Of a stretch of DNA of 64,000 nt, positions 1 to 9,582 are shown one piece after another. The position numbers and the translations under genes were made by a program. The notes beneath the pieces are model-generated. The model was given only the letters and a program-made list of their open reading frames with translations. It ran no database searches and had not been told where the DNA came from. Numbering within the stretch: the first letter of the stretch is position 1; each line of letters opens with the position of its first letter. Origin of the DNA: Cyclobacteriaceae bacterium (lineage in GTDB: Bacteria > Bacteroidota > Bacteroidia > Cytophagales > Cyclobacteriaceae); assembly GCA_016787625.1 (NCBI GenBank), contig JAEUUD010000001.1, positions 256 through 64,255 of the forward strand. The letters run 5' to 3'.

Positions 1-1944
1 GACGATTGTTTGAAAAACCGATGAAGAACTTCCCAGAATGGAAGAAACACCATTGAAATTCGTCGTGCCATTGTTCTTATTAAATACACCATTATTGGTG
101 AAGTTGCCTGCTGTGAGTGTTAGGTTGGTACTCGGCGCATTTAAAGTTCCATTGTTCAGGAGACTTCCAACCGAGATGCTGTTGCCTGCACAGGTCATGG
201 TGCCTGAAGCAATGGTCAATAGACCTGTAGCGGTGAATCCACCGGTACCCACATTGGCCGTTCCTGAAACGTTGCTGTTGATGGTTGAAATGGTCCCGCC
301 TACTTCACTTCCCGTAGTGAGCGTAGTTCCATTCAGTATCACTGCGTAGGCTCCACCCGTTGGTGCTGCTCCCGTCATCGACGCATTGGAGTGGCGTGTG
401 ATGGTTGAGCCGCTGCCCATATTAAGGCCTGAAGTATTTACAAAATCACCGTCAGTGAGGTTAAAGGCTGAGGAGATCGTGAGCGCACTGTTAAGAAAAA
501 CCAGTGGACCTGCAGTCGGTCTGTTTATGGTCAGTGTATTCACGGTATTACCACCGCCGGCAAACGCGAGAGTACCGAATGGTCCTGAACCGTTCACATT
601 CAGTATGGATGTGTTATCCGCATCAAGGACGCCGCCTGTGAGGTAAAAGTTAAATGCACCATCCTGAAGTGTCAGGGTTTGGTTGCGGAATGAAAATGTC
701 GTTCCGGCATCCAGGCTCACATCCCCTGTTACGGTCAAATTGGTATTCGCATCGATGATGCCTGCGGTCAAACGAATGTGACGCAAGTTGATGTTGTAAG
801 GGATGGCCAGGGTTCCTCCCGTTCGGTTCCATGTAAGTTGTTCAAATGCAGCATTGAGGCTGAATGGAAAAGTATTCGTAAGCGAACCTGTTCCGTTCAC
901 GATTAGGTTTGTGTTGGCACCTGATGATTGAATGAAATGAGCGCCTGTGACATCACCGCCAATCGTCATGGTAAGGTCTACAGTTCCGCTGGTGAGGGTC
1001 AGGTCCGAGTTGAGCAAATTAAGAGATCCCGAAACCAGGAATGTGGTCGTTTGCGATCCACTTGAGACAGCCATGGTTCCTCCGTTGATATCGAGGTTGC
1101 CGGTAAAGGTGAGGCCCGCTGTGGCTGTACCGCTGGTTGCAGAGAAACTTCCGCCGTTCAGCTGCGTGTTCCCATTGACAGCAAATGTTCTTGCCGCAGT
1201 CAGCGCATTAAACGTGAGTGTTCCGGCTGACTGGATGAAATCACCCAACACCCGGAGGCTGTTGGTTTCAATTAAAAGGTTGCCGTTGACCATATTCAGA
1301 GCGCCTACTGTGATCAGGTTGGCGCCAGGATTGTTCAGCGTTACACCAAATGAGTTATTGATATTGGTATGAACACCGGCATTCGGCGGATGTCCTGCAC
1401 CCAGTACCTGAGCTGCTGTACCATTATAAGTAATTTGGCTGGTTGAAGCATACCCTCTGCTGGAAACTCGGATGTTACCCGTTGTGACCCCGGAAGATAT
1501 GGCTCCACCGCTGTGTAGTGATCCAACAAACAAATGGCTATCCGTACTCATCACCAAGCCGCCCGTTCCCGTCACAAATGACTCTCCAAGCATGCGAAGA
1601 TTGCCTCCAAGAACGCTGAAATCTGTTCCGATACCATCGTTGATGGTCAGCGCAACGGCATCATTGACCGTCACGGTAGCATTTGATTGAACGGTGACCT
1701 GATCTACGGTGACTGCTGCAGTTACTGTTATAACATCCCCGGTCCGGATGAGAATTGTATTGTTTGCGCTGGTTGGCGTCGTGACAGCCGTTATCCAGTT
1801 TCCTGAACCATTGGGTACTTCTTGCTGCCAGGATGCATTCTGGTTCCAGTCCCCCCCACCCGTGCCATTGGTCCTGAAGTTTGCTTGACCAAAAGCCGCA
1901 AAATAAGCCCCACTAAGTAGGCATAAACAGGCCAGTTTCTTCAT
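1..1944 (-). CDS. Large secreted Thr/Asn/Gly/Val-rich beta-helix-like surface protein, N-terminal 648 aa only, continues past the left edge; possible T9SS cargo
   Basis: Not in the ORF track. ATG at 1944 reads MKKLACLCLLSGAYFAAFGQANFRTNGTGGGDWNQNASWQ (signal peptide). The same frame was open where spot-checked (about 1-100, 600-750 and 1670-1944). Four plus-strand shadow ORFs share one frame, consistent with a single continuous gene. Confidence 0.85.
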   Translation of the reverse strand, partial: MKKLACLCLLSGAYFAAFGQANFRTNGTGGGDWNQNASWQQEVPNGSGNWITAVTTPTSANNTILIRTGDVITVTAAVTVDQVTVQSNATVTVNDAVALTINDGIGTDFSVLGGNLRMLGESFVTGTGGLVMSTDSHLFVGSLHSGGAISSGVTTGNIRVSSRGYASTSQITYNGTAAQVLGAGHPPNAGVHTNINNSFGVTLNNPGANLITVGALNMVNGNLLIETNSLRVLGDFIQSAGTLTFNALTAARTFAVNGNTQLNGGSFSATSGTATAGLTFTGNLDINGGTMAVSSGSQTTTFLVSGSLNLLNSDLTLTSGTVDLTMTIGGDVTGAHFIQSSGANTNLIVNGTGSLTNTFPFSLNAAFEQLTWNRTGGTLAIPYNINLRHIRLTAGIIDANTNLTVTGDVSLDAGTTFSFRNQTLTLQDGAFNFYLTGGVLDADNTSILNVNGSGPFGTLAFAGGGNTVNTLTINRPTAGPLVFLNSALTISSAFNLTDGDFVNTSGLNMGSGSTITRHSNASMTGAAPTGGAYAVILNGTTLTTGSEVGGTISTINSNVSGTANVGTGGFTATGLLTIASGTMTCAGNSISVGSLLNNGTLNAPSTNLTLTAGNFTNNGVFNKNNGTTNFNGVSSILGSSSSVFQTIV

Positions 1945-1963
1945 TTTAGGGTATTCAGAGTTT

Positions 1964-1971
1964 CAAAAATA
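1964..1971 (-). promoter_or_regulatory. Bacteroidota -7 promoter element (TATTTTTG)
   Basis: Matches the TAnnTTTG consensus about 20 bp upstream of the ATG at 1944. Confidence 0.55.
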
Positions 1972-2041
1972 ACAAATAAACGGCCCAATAGATACTATTT
2001 CCCCCGCTGGAGTAACCAAAATTGCGGGTTTTTGGACCTGT

Positions 2042-3166
2042 CTAGGCCACTCCCAGGGAATCAATTACCCTGTCGAGGTCAGAAGTTGAAAGGTTGGAGC
2101 CAGAAGGCAGGCAAAGCCCTGATTCGAAGAGAGATTCGGACACTCCGGTCCTGTATGCAGGGGCGCCACGGAATACAGGCTGAAGGTGCATCGGCTTCCA
2201 AAGGGGCCGGCATTCGATGTTTTTAGATTCAAGCTTCAGTCGAAGTGCCTCACGGTCAATGCCATTGTTTTTGTCGGGATCAACCAGGATGGTTGTTAGC
2301 CATCGATTTGAAAAATGGCCGTCGGGTTCTGAAGGGAAATGAAACCGGTGCGCTGCTGCCTTTCGGTATGTCTCGTAGACCGATCGCCGTTGTTTGATGC
2401 GTTCATCAAGATAGTGCAATTGACCCCTTCCGATCCCCGCACAGATGTTGCTGAGCCGATAGTTGTATCCGATCTGTGAGTGCTCATAGTGAGGAGCGGC
2501 ATCTCTGGCCTGTGTGGCCAGGAATCTCGCACGTTGTATCCATGCCTGGTTCTTTGACACCAATGCTCCGCCACCGGATGTCGTTATGATTTTGTTGCCA
2601 TTGAATGAATAGATACCAAAGTCGCCAAATGTTCCGAGTCTTTGGTTTTTGAATTCAGATCCAAGGGCTTCTGCTGCATCCTCAATCACGGGAATACCAT
2701 GTTTTTGTGCAACCTTTATCAGTTTTTCGATTTTCGCCGGCATCCCATAAAGATGAACGAGGATGATTGCCTTCGGAATTTTTCCTGCTTTCTTTTTCCT
2801 GTCTGCAATGGCTTCCTCCAGAAGATCGGGATCCATATTCCATGTCTCGCGTTCCGAGTCGACAAACACTGGTGTTGCACCGGTATAGGCCACCGGGTTG
2901 CATGAACCTGAAAAAGTAAATGAGGAACAGATCACTTCATCTCCCCTTTTCACATCAAGAATGATCAATGCCAGGTGGATGGCCGCCGTTCCGGAGCTAA
3001 GTGCTGCACAATGCTCAACCTTGTTGTATGCCGCTAACTCGTTTTCAAATGCCGCGATGTGGGGACCTACAGGAGAAATCCAATTCTCGTCAAAGGCCTG
3101 CTGAACAAACTTGATCTCGTCGCCACCCATGTGGGGAGAGGAAAGCCAGATTTTTGATTCCTGCAT
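2042..3166 (-). CDS. DegT/DnrJ/EryC1/StrS PLP-dependent sugar aminotransferase (PglE/EpsN-like)
   Basis: Motifs SSGTAAIHLAL, IEDAAEALGS, SFNGNKIITTSGGG (PLP lysine) and GYNYRLSN. Confidence 0.93.
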   Translation of the reverse strand: MQESKIWLSSPHMGGDEIKFVQQAFDENWISPVGPHIAAFENELAAYNKVEHCAALSSGTAAIHLALIILDVKRGDEVICSSFTFSGSCNPVAYTGATPVFVDSERETWNMDPDLLEEAIADRKKKAGKIPKAIILVHLYGMPAKIEKLIKVAQKHGIPVIEDAAEALGSEFKNQRLGTFGDFGIYSFNGNKIITTSGGGALVSKNQAWIQRARFLATQARDAAPHYEHSQIGYNYRLSNICAGIGRGQLHYLDERIKQRRSVYETYRKAAAHRFHFPSEPDGHFSNRWLTTILVDPDKNNGIDREALRLKLESKNIECRPLWKPMHLQPVFRGAPAYRTGVSESLFESGLCLPSGSNLSTSDLDRVIDSLGVA

Positions 3167-3177
3167 AAAAAAGTTGA

Positions 3178-3185
3178 CAAAGATA
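3178..3185 (-). promoter_or_regulatory. Internal -7 promoter element (TATCTTTG) upstream of the aminotransferase
   Basis: Exact TAnnTTTG match in the short intergenic gap. Confidence 0.5.
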
Positions 3186-3211
3186 GGAATAGGTTATCAA
3201 TCAAGGTCTGT

Positions 3212-3637
3212 TCAGCCTTTGATTTCGGGTTGCTTCCTTGACTGATAATAAAATGCCGGTATCAGCAGGAGAAGCAACGTTGGGTTGAGTACCAGGCGGT
3301 GCATGAACGAGACCAGCGGGCCGTCGTAACCCGGATGCCAGGCTTTGAGCATGAAGTACGGCAGAAGAAAAAAAACAAGCCCAAAAACCTGAACCCAAAT
3401 AGCAAAAATCACATAGCGTCTATTGTTAAAGAGTGACCATATCAAGACGATGGCCAAAGCGTCATTGAGAAGAAACCTGGCCGTGCGATTGATAAAGAAC
3501 AACGTCAGTGGTGTTGCCTGAATAGAGGCTGCCTCGGCGAAGCTGAAGTGTTGAAATACAAAAACAAGCACCAGGCCTCCAACAGAAGCCACGCCAGCGG
3601 CAACACGCAAATAAAAGTCAGGCTCTTTGCTTTTCAT
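3212..3637 (-). CDS. Exosortase F system-associated membrane protein
   Basis: 141-aa hydrophobic protein with RFLLND and HRLVLNPTLLLLLIPAFYY, overlapping the exosortase gene. Confidence 0.85.
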   Translation of the reverse strand: MKSKEPDFYLRVAAGVASVGGLVLVFVFQHFSFAEAASIQATPLTLFFINRTARFLLNDALAIVLIWSLFNNRRYVIFAIWVQVFGLVFFLLPYFMLKAWHPGYDGPLVSFMHRLVLNPTLLLLLIPAFYYQSRKQPEIKG

Positions 3638-4163
3638 TGATTCGGACCCACCAAATCCAGAGCGCCAGAACGGAGAGGTATATAAATGCTGTGAAGAAGT
3701 ATTTATGCAGGTAATAGGTATAATCTGGAATGTAGAGAACGACGAAGAACAGGAAAATGATCCTCATCAGATTAACCATATAAATAATGCCTAGCGACAG
3801 CGCCGAATACCAAAGGAGTTTTTTTGAATACGGGCCAAAACTGAACATGAATGAAAGGAAAATGATCATCACATTGAGGCTGTTGCATCCTTCGTAAACA
3901 GAAACGATACCCCGGCCCTTCCATTGAATGTATGTTGTAGGTTCCCCGGAAAAATTCAGGGCCAACGTATCCCAGCCTGCCAGGTTCAGCAACCATGATG
4001 ATTGAACGGTGACCAGATGCGTAACAGGATCCGCTTCGGGCTCATAGTATGTGATGTAAAGTCCATACACAATGCTGCCGACGATATAGAAGGTGATGAA
4101 CTTGCCAAGGAACCATATCGTTGGTTTGAATTCGTTCAACATGGCGACTGCCGGGAACTTCAT
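3618..4163 (-). CDS. xrtF: Exosortase family protein XrtF (alternative start 4142)
   Basis: Multi-TM protein with the exosortase Cys/Arg/His triad: VYEGCNSL, NLMRI, YLHKYFF. Confidence 0.88.
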   Translation of the reverse strand: MKFPAVAMLNEFKPTIWFLGKFITFYIVGSIVYGLYITYYEPEADPVTHLVTVQSSWLLNLAGWDTLALNFSGEPTTYIQWKGRGIVSVYEGCNSLNVMIIFLSFMFSFGPYSKKLLWYSALSLGIIYMVNLMRIIFLFFVVLYIPDYTYYLHKYFFTAFIYLSVLALWIWWVRINEKQRA

Positions 4164-4166
4164 CCG

Positions 4167-4763
4167 CTATTTATTGAGTTGCCTGGACGGGTTGCCTGCA
4201 ACCACAGCACCATCGGGAATATCCCTGACGATGACAGACCCCGCACCAATGGTACACCAATTGCCAATGCGGATGCCGGGGATAACGACGGAACCGGCGC
4301 CAACCAGCGTTCCCTCCCCTACGCTAACCCTTCCGCACAGAATTGCGCCGGGAGCGATATGTGAAAAGGCGCCAACCACGCAGTCATGATCGACCCGGCA
4401 GCCGGTGTTCAGGATGACATGATGGCTGATCACTGTCTCGCTCTGAACAATCACTCCTTGAAGCACCATGGCCCCGTCACCGATTTTCGCCAATGGCGAC
4501 ACTACGGCGGACGATGAGACAATGCTGTCGAACGAATGTGTCACCTTATTCGCCAGTGCCTTCCTGATACTATTGTCACCGATGGTGATGATAAACTTGT
4601 CCTGCTGATTGGCAAGCGGATCATAGGCTCCAAGGACAGGTACACCCAGGAATTGATTCTCCTTCAGGGTATCGTCGACAAATCCACGGACCTGGATCCC
4701 TTTTTCGTTCAGGGCATCCAGAACAACCTTTGCGTGACCACCAGCACCGTAGAGCAGTACCAT
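4167..4763 (-). CDS. Sugar N/O-acetyltransferase, PglD/NeuD family
   Basis: GAGGHAKVV N-terminus, hexapeptide repeats, DHDC motif. Confidence 0.9.
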   Translation of the reverse strand: MVLLYGAGGHAKVVLDALNEKGIQVRGFVDDTLKENQFLGVPVLGAYDPLANQQDKFIITIGDNSIRKALANKVTHSFDSIVSSSAVVSPLAKIGDGAMVLQGVIVQSETVISHHVILNTGCRVDHDCVVGAFSHIAPGAILCGRVSVGEGTLVGAGSVVIPGIRIGNWCTIGAGSVIVRDIPDGAVVAGNPSRQLNK

Positions 4764-4765
4764 GG

Positions 4766-5416
4766 TTATTTTCTGCTGATTGGTTTTGCAGGAACACCAA
4801 CGGCGGTGGCATCATCCCCGAGATCTTTGGTCAACAGCGCATTCGCGCCAAGCACCGACCGTGAGCCCATTGTGATATATTGGAGTATGGTTGCGTTGGT
4901 ACCGACAAGATTGCCGTTACCGATCGTGACGCCACCACTCAGGTTTACTCCGGGGTTAAACACATTGAACGAGCCGATGGTTGTATCATGTCCAACTGTT
5001 GAGTTGAGGTTAAAGAGATTCATTGATCCAACCTTGATGCTAACGGTAAAAATACAACCAGCCGTAATGATATTTCCCACGCCAAACAATATGGAATCCC
5101 GGTGGCCAACAAAGCCCGGGTGGATAAGATTCGGGAGTCTGAACCGGCTGAACTTGTCATGGAAACTGGCGAGCAACTTCGGGTCGCCAACGCCTAAAGC
5201 GACATTCATGGCATTCGTTGACCCCTTGAGAAAATCATCTTCACGTATGACGGCTATTCTGCGGTTTCCGATCATCAATTCACGCTGATCGACTCTGGCA
5301 TCGACAAAACCTTTCACTTCAAATGAGGGCTGATGGTTGTTGATGTCATCAATCAGAAAGCAGACTTCTTTGGCAAATCCACCAGCACCCAAAATAAAAA
5401 TATCTTGCATGGACAT
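4766..5416 (-). CDS. Second NeuD/PglD/LegH-family acetyltransferase
   Basis: GAGGFAKEV, TVGHD, hexapeptide repeats, GVPAK. Confidence 0.88.
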   Translation of the reverse strand: MSMQDIFILGAGGFAKEVCFLIDDINNHQPSFEVKGFVDARVDQRELMIGNRRIAVIREDDFLKGSTNAMNVALGVGDPKLLASFHDKFSRFRLPNLIHPGFVGHRDSILFGVGNIITAGCIFTVSIKVGSMNLFNLNSTVGHDTTIGSFNVFNPGVNLSGGVTIGNGNLVGTNATILQYITMGSRSVLGANALLTKDLGDDATAVGVPAKPISRK

Positions 5417-6021
5417 CAGGAATTGCCTCTAAATTTCTCCATCGTTTCCTTGGGTGAACTATTGACACCTTCTGCTTTAAAAACCTTGCCTACGGTTAGA
5501 AACAAAATCTTGATGTCAAGCCAGAACGAAAGGTGCTCTACGTACCAGGTGTCATAGGAAAATTTTTGAGACCATGTTAATGTATTTCTACCGTTGATCT
5601 GTGCCCAGCCGGTTATCCCTGGCCTCACCAGGTGGCGTTTATTTTGTTGCTCATTGTACAACGGCATGTATTCCATGAGAAGGGGTCGAGGACCGATGAT
5701 GGACATTTCGCCCTTGATCACATTGATCAACTGTGGTAATTCATCGATCGACAATTTTCTGATTGTTTTCCCAATGGCTGTCAACCTCGAATGATCGGGC
5801 AGCGGGGCTCCGGATGGGTCAAGTGCTTCCGTCATGGTTCTAAATTTAATCATTTTGAAAGGCTTTCCCCTAAATCCAGGACGAAGCTGAATGAACCAGA
5901 TTTTTCTTTCATTGGTCAGCAGCATCAACCCGGCAACCAACAGGATGATCGGACCCGTCAATATCAGCAATACGGCAGCAACCAATCGATCAAATAGCGG
6001 CTTTACAATGGTTGCGTACAT
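5416..6021 (-). CDS. Initiating phosphoglycosyl transferase (PglC/EpsL-like)
   Basis: KFRTM, RKLSIDELPQLINV, GPRP and RPGITGWAQING motifs. Confidence 0.92.
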   Translation of the reverse strand: MYATIVKPLFDRLVAAVLLILTGPIILLVAGLMLLTNERKIWFIQLRPGFRGKPFKMIKFRTMTEALDPSGAPLPDHSRLTAIGKTIRKLSIDELPQLINVIKGEMSIIGPRPLLMEYMPLYNEQQNKRHLVRPGITGWAQINGRNTLTWSQKFSYDTWYVEHLSFWLDIKILFLTVGKVFKAEGVNSSPKETMEKFRGNS

Positions 6022-7178
6022 AAGCTTAGTTGTCGCTGGTATTCACTCAGCAGTTGCTGCCAAATATACTGTTGATCAAAATGAGTCGTCACAAATTGCC
6101 GGGCTTCTTTTGAAAGTTGTTTTCGCAGGTCTGGATTTTCCGACAGGCTTGTCATGGCCTCCACCAAGGCGTCAGTGCTTTTTGGTTTCACCAACCAGCC
6201 GGTCGTTTCATGAGCTATAATTTCGTTGCAGCCATTTATATCCGATGCGATGACCGGCACCTCCAGGCAGCATGCCTGCATGACAACGTTGGGAAATCCT
6301 TCCCGGTAGCTTGGAAATACAAACATGTCAGAAGCCAGCAGCCAAGGACGGACATCGGACTGAAATCCTGCCAGGATGACCCTGGAATCATTCTGAAGAA
6401 AATGATAGGTGTCCGGCGGCAAGGGGTCAAGGTCTTGCTCAAAATTGCCAAGTACAAGCAGCCTGGCCTTTCTACGAATGCAGAATGTTTTGAACGCTTC
6501 AGCCAACTCCACCATCCCCTTGTCGCGAACAATTCTGCCTGCGAAACTGAATACCATTTCATCAGGAGAAATACCCAAACGTTCCTTCAGTGCCAGTGCT
6601 TCCTGACGGAGCGCCGGTGATGTATCAAAGTACTTTCCGTCAATACCATTACTGCTACCTTTTGCGATCATGGACAATTTAGAAATCGGAATGCCAAGGT
6701 CATTGACGAGTATCCTGCTCATTGCCTCTGAGTTAGGATAAACTTTAGTCGCCATCCAGCATGTTGCACGGTCGGTCACACGAAGTACCCATCGCAGCAC
6801 ACCGGTCTTTTCCATGTATGGAAGTCCGGCAACTGTATGCATGCGAACAGGAATCCGTAAAAGGAAAGCCGTCAGCATTCCGAGCAAGCCAGCCTTGGGT
6901 GTGTGCGTATGAACAATATCAGGTTTGAACCTGGACATCATCCCCACCAGCTTCCAAATACAATAAGCATCCTGGAACGGTGTGACCTTTCTTGTAAATG
7001 GAATGATCACATGATCGATGCCTTCCTTCTTTACTTCAGTTATTTCAGGTCCATCGGCACTTGCTGTCAATACGTCGAAACCATGCTCACGCATGAATCC
7101 GAACTGGCCCTTCAAAAGCAGGTGAAGGCTTGCCGATACTGTGGTGATCCTAAGCAGCTTCGGTTTTCGCATGAGCAC
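6003..7178 (-). CDS. Glycosyltransferase family 4 (CapM/PglA-like)
   Basis: HTHTPKAGLLG, GRIVRDKG, FPSYREGFPNV. Confidence 0.9.
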   Translation of the reverse strand: MLMRKPKLLRITTVSASLHLLLKGQFGFMREHGFDVLTASADGPEITEVKKEGIDHVIIPFTRKVTPFQDAYCIWKLVGMMSRFKPDIVHTHTPKAGLLGMLTAFLLRIPVRMHTVAGLPYMEKTGVLRWVLRVTDRATCWMATKVYPNSEAMSRILVNDLGIPISKLSMIAKGSSNGIDGKYFDTSPALRQEALALKERLGISPDEMVFSFAGRIVRDKGMVELAEAFKTFCIRRKARLLVLGNFEQDLDPLPPDTYHFLQNDSRVILAGFQSDVRPWLLASDMFVFPSYREGFPNVVMQACCLEVPVIASDINGCNEIIAHETTGWLVKPKSTDALVEAMTSLSENPDLRKQLSKEARQFVTTHFDQQYIWQQLLSEYQRQLSLCTQPL

Positions 7179-8352
7179 GGGATGGCATCATGGGGCGCCG
7201 GGTCAGTTTCACTTCCTGGGCCTTACTGATGAGGTATACGGTAATCATCAGGAACATAAACATCACCATATTCTTCTGTCGGATGATGATACCCAGATTC
7301 CCTAGCGAGCTTGACATAAAGAATGAAGTTGATGCCAGCACAAACAATCCTGCCTTGAGGTGCATTGGCATCCTGAGAATCTCCATCAGGTTCCGAAACC
7401 GAAGGACATAGAGTCCGAGCAGAACATAGAAGAGGTTTTCTACCGAGACGATAAGGCCGAAAAAGTTGTTGGCGTCAACAAAAAGCGGTCGGAAAAGAAA
7501 GGTGAATATTTTTAGCGGGACGGTATAACTTCTGATATCGATCGCCGAACCGACAGAGTGCCACACGACATTGGTTGATCGTCTGGTGGAAATGTCACCA
7601 ATTCCTTCGATGGTTTCTTCGTCAAGGCCGATAAACTCAAACACTGCCGGAGCAATGAGCACGAATACATACACCGATCCGCCAAGAAAAAGTATGCGCC
7701 AGAAGAAGGAAACGCCTTTGTTACTCACCAGCATGCTGAACGCCATCCCTACCAGCATCAACAAGGCCATGTGGGGTCGGATGAAATAGGCGAGGTAAAA
7801 ACTCACGACGATTCCAAGAAAGTTCCTTGTCGGATTGGTCATCGAAAAAATAAACAATGTCAGCGCAAAGAAGATGACGGAGTCCTTTCCAATACCAGCG
7901 GACCAGAAGTGCATATTGGGAAGGAAAAGAATAAGCGGGAAAAGCCGAAAGCCAAAGAGCATCGGGTTTACCCGAGTGAATTTCCGGAAGGTCAGGTATA
8001 TGAATATGAACCCTGAAAATCCAAAGAGCGAAAATAAGAGCGTGCCCGTCCAGTAAGACAGTCCAAGTACTTTTGAAAATGGAAACGTAAGAAACCTGAT
8101 AAAATTGGTCCCCGTCTGGTGCAGGCTGAGCCAGTCTCCTCCCCGGATGGGATTGCGCCAGTAGCCGACGGCATCACCACCGAATGTAATCACATACCAT
8201 CCATAGACCAGTGAAAAGAACAGGTGGTAGTACAACAACCTTAAGAGCATGGGTCGATCCGAACCGGCGTCATAGCCCTTGACGACCCGGTTAACGATCA
8301 GGTGGCCCGAATAAAAAATCAGAAGAATAAATGGAACATCCAGGAAGGACAT
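7150..8352 (-). CDS. Multi-pass membrane protein, probable polysaccharide polymerase (Wzy-like)
   Basis: About 10 hydrophobic segments; located in a wzx/wza/wzc locus with no other polymerase candidate. Confidence 0.6.
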   Translation of the reverse strand: MSFLDVPFILLIFYSGHLIVNRVVKGYDAGSDRPMLLRLLYYHLFFSLVYGWYVITFGGDAVGYWRNPIRGGDWLSLHQTGTNFIRFLTFPFSKVLGLSYWTGTLLFSLFGFSGFIFIYLTFRKFTRVNPMLFGFRLFPLILFLPNMHFWSAGIGKDSVIFFALTLFIFSMTNPTRNFLGIVVSFYLAYFIRPHMALLMLVGMAFSMLVSNKGVSFFWRILFLGGSVYVFVLIAPAVFEFIGLDEETIEGIGDISTRRSTNVVWHSVGSAIDIRSYTVPLKIFTFLFRPLFVDANNFFGLIVSVENLFYVLLGLYVLRFRNLMEILRMPMHLKAGLFVLASTSFFMSSSLGNLGIIIRQKNMVMFMFLMITVYLISKAQEVKLTRRPMMPSRAHAKTEAA

Positions 8353-8394
8353 GCACGATCAAATGTAGTGGCGAAGGTACGTGAAACAGTACTT

Positions 8395-9582
8395 TTAACC
8401 CAGTGTCCGGAGAGCGAGCAGATAAGAATTGACGGCAACGGAGAGTCCAAAATGTTCTTCTCCGCATCGGCGGGCCTCGACAGCCACGGCAGAAGGATCC
8501 AGTCGCTCGAGCCACGACAACGCTCCTTCGAGTGCAGGTTCACTTAAGTCATTCATCAACATACAGGATGGGTTTCCTTCAAGCAGCTTCCCGGTATCGC
8601 CGATCGCTGATGATGCAATGACAGGCAACCCCATGAGCAAATACTCTCCGAGCTTCACGGGTGCTACTCCCTTCATGGAGTCAGAATTCTTCCGCAGGGC
8701 AAAGGCAAGGTTTGCTATGGAGAGGTACTTTGGCACCTCGTCGCTTCTCACCCTTCGTATGATGACATTGGCCGGCAATTGTCGGTTGGCCAAATAGCCA
8801 GGGTTGCCGGTAATCACCAACCACCAGGCCTGCGGATTCCGCTGTTGAATACGCCGATGCAGCCAGATCATTTCGTCGACGCCATACTGAGGACCGAGGG
8901 ATCCACAATAGACGCTGACAAAAGCATCATCAGGAATATTCAGCGTGACCCTTAATGCTTGCTGATCAGACAAAGAACTTCTGCTGAATACTTTTTCATC
9001 TCTGCCATTAACGACCTTAAACATCTTCGCCTTAAGTTGTTCACCATACTGTTGCGTCAGAAATTCCGCGGCAGCGTGCGATCGTGTCAGAATAACATCA
9101 GCCTTATACATGATCCGTTGCTCAATGTCCTTCAGAAACTTGAATCGCATAGATTCCCTTTTCAACCCCGCGAAATCAACACGTTCCTCTATCTGCAATC
9201 CGTCAGCATCAAGGATAATTTTCATGCCTGTTAGTTTCCGAAGAGCGGCGAGTACCATCCTTGAAGGAATCATTGCGCGGGGCATCAGTGCATCAATGGA
9301 ATGACGCTTCACCATTTTTCTGATGGTGATTGGTCCCATGATCATCGCCAGTAGTTTTCCTATTGAACTGTGGGGCCAGGTCATGATCGGATGGTGCTGA
9401 TAGCGGATCCCGGCCTTCTGACAAGAAGCCTGAATGTTCTTTACCTGGCTTGCCTCCGCCCAGGTAAAGTGAAGGATCGAAAACTCAAACCCCTCCCGTT
9501 TCAACCTGGCAAAAATGGGCAGAAATAAACCGTCAAGGTAGCTAACGTAAGGTCCATCCCATGCGATAAAAAGAATGCGCAT
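8395..9582 (-). CDS. Glycosyltransferase, GT-B fold (family 4-like)
   Basis: VYCGSLGPQY and PVKLGEYLLMGLPVI motifs. Confidence 0.82.
   Translation of the reverse strand: MRILFIAWDGPYVSYLDGLFLPIFARLKREGFEFSILHFTWAEASQVKNIQASCQKAGIRYQHHPIMTWPHSSIGKLLAMIMGPITIRKMVKRHSIDALMPRAMIPSRMVLAALRKLTGMKIILDADGLQIEERVDFAGLKRESMRFKFLKDIEQRIMYKADVILTRSHAAAEFLTQQYGEQLKAKMFKVVNGRDEKVFSRSSLSDQQALRVTLNIPDDAFVSVYCGSLGPQYGVDEMIWLHRRIQQRNPQAWWLVITGNPGYLANRQLPANVIIRRVRSDEVPKYLSIANLAFALRKNSDSMKGVAPVKLGEYLLMGLPVIASSAIGDTGKLLEGNPSCMLMNDLSEPALEGALSWLERLDPSAVAVEARRCGEEHFGLSVAVNSYLLALRTLG

Noticed and set aside
38-1690. Plus-strand ORFs 38-349, 386-646, 947-1372 and 1472-1690
   Set aside because: Same-frame antisense shadows of the large minus-strand gene.
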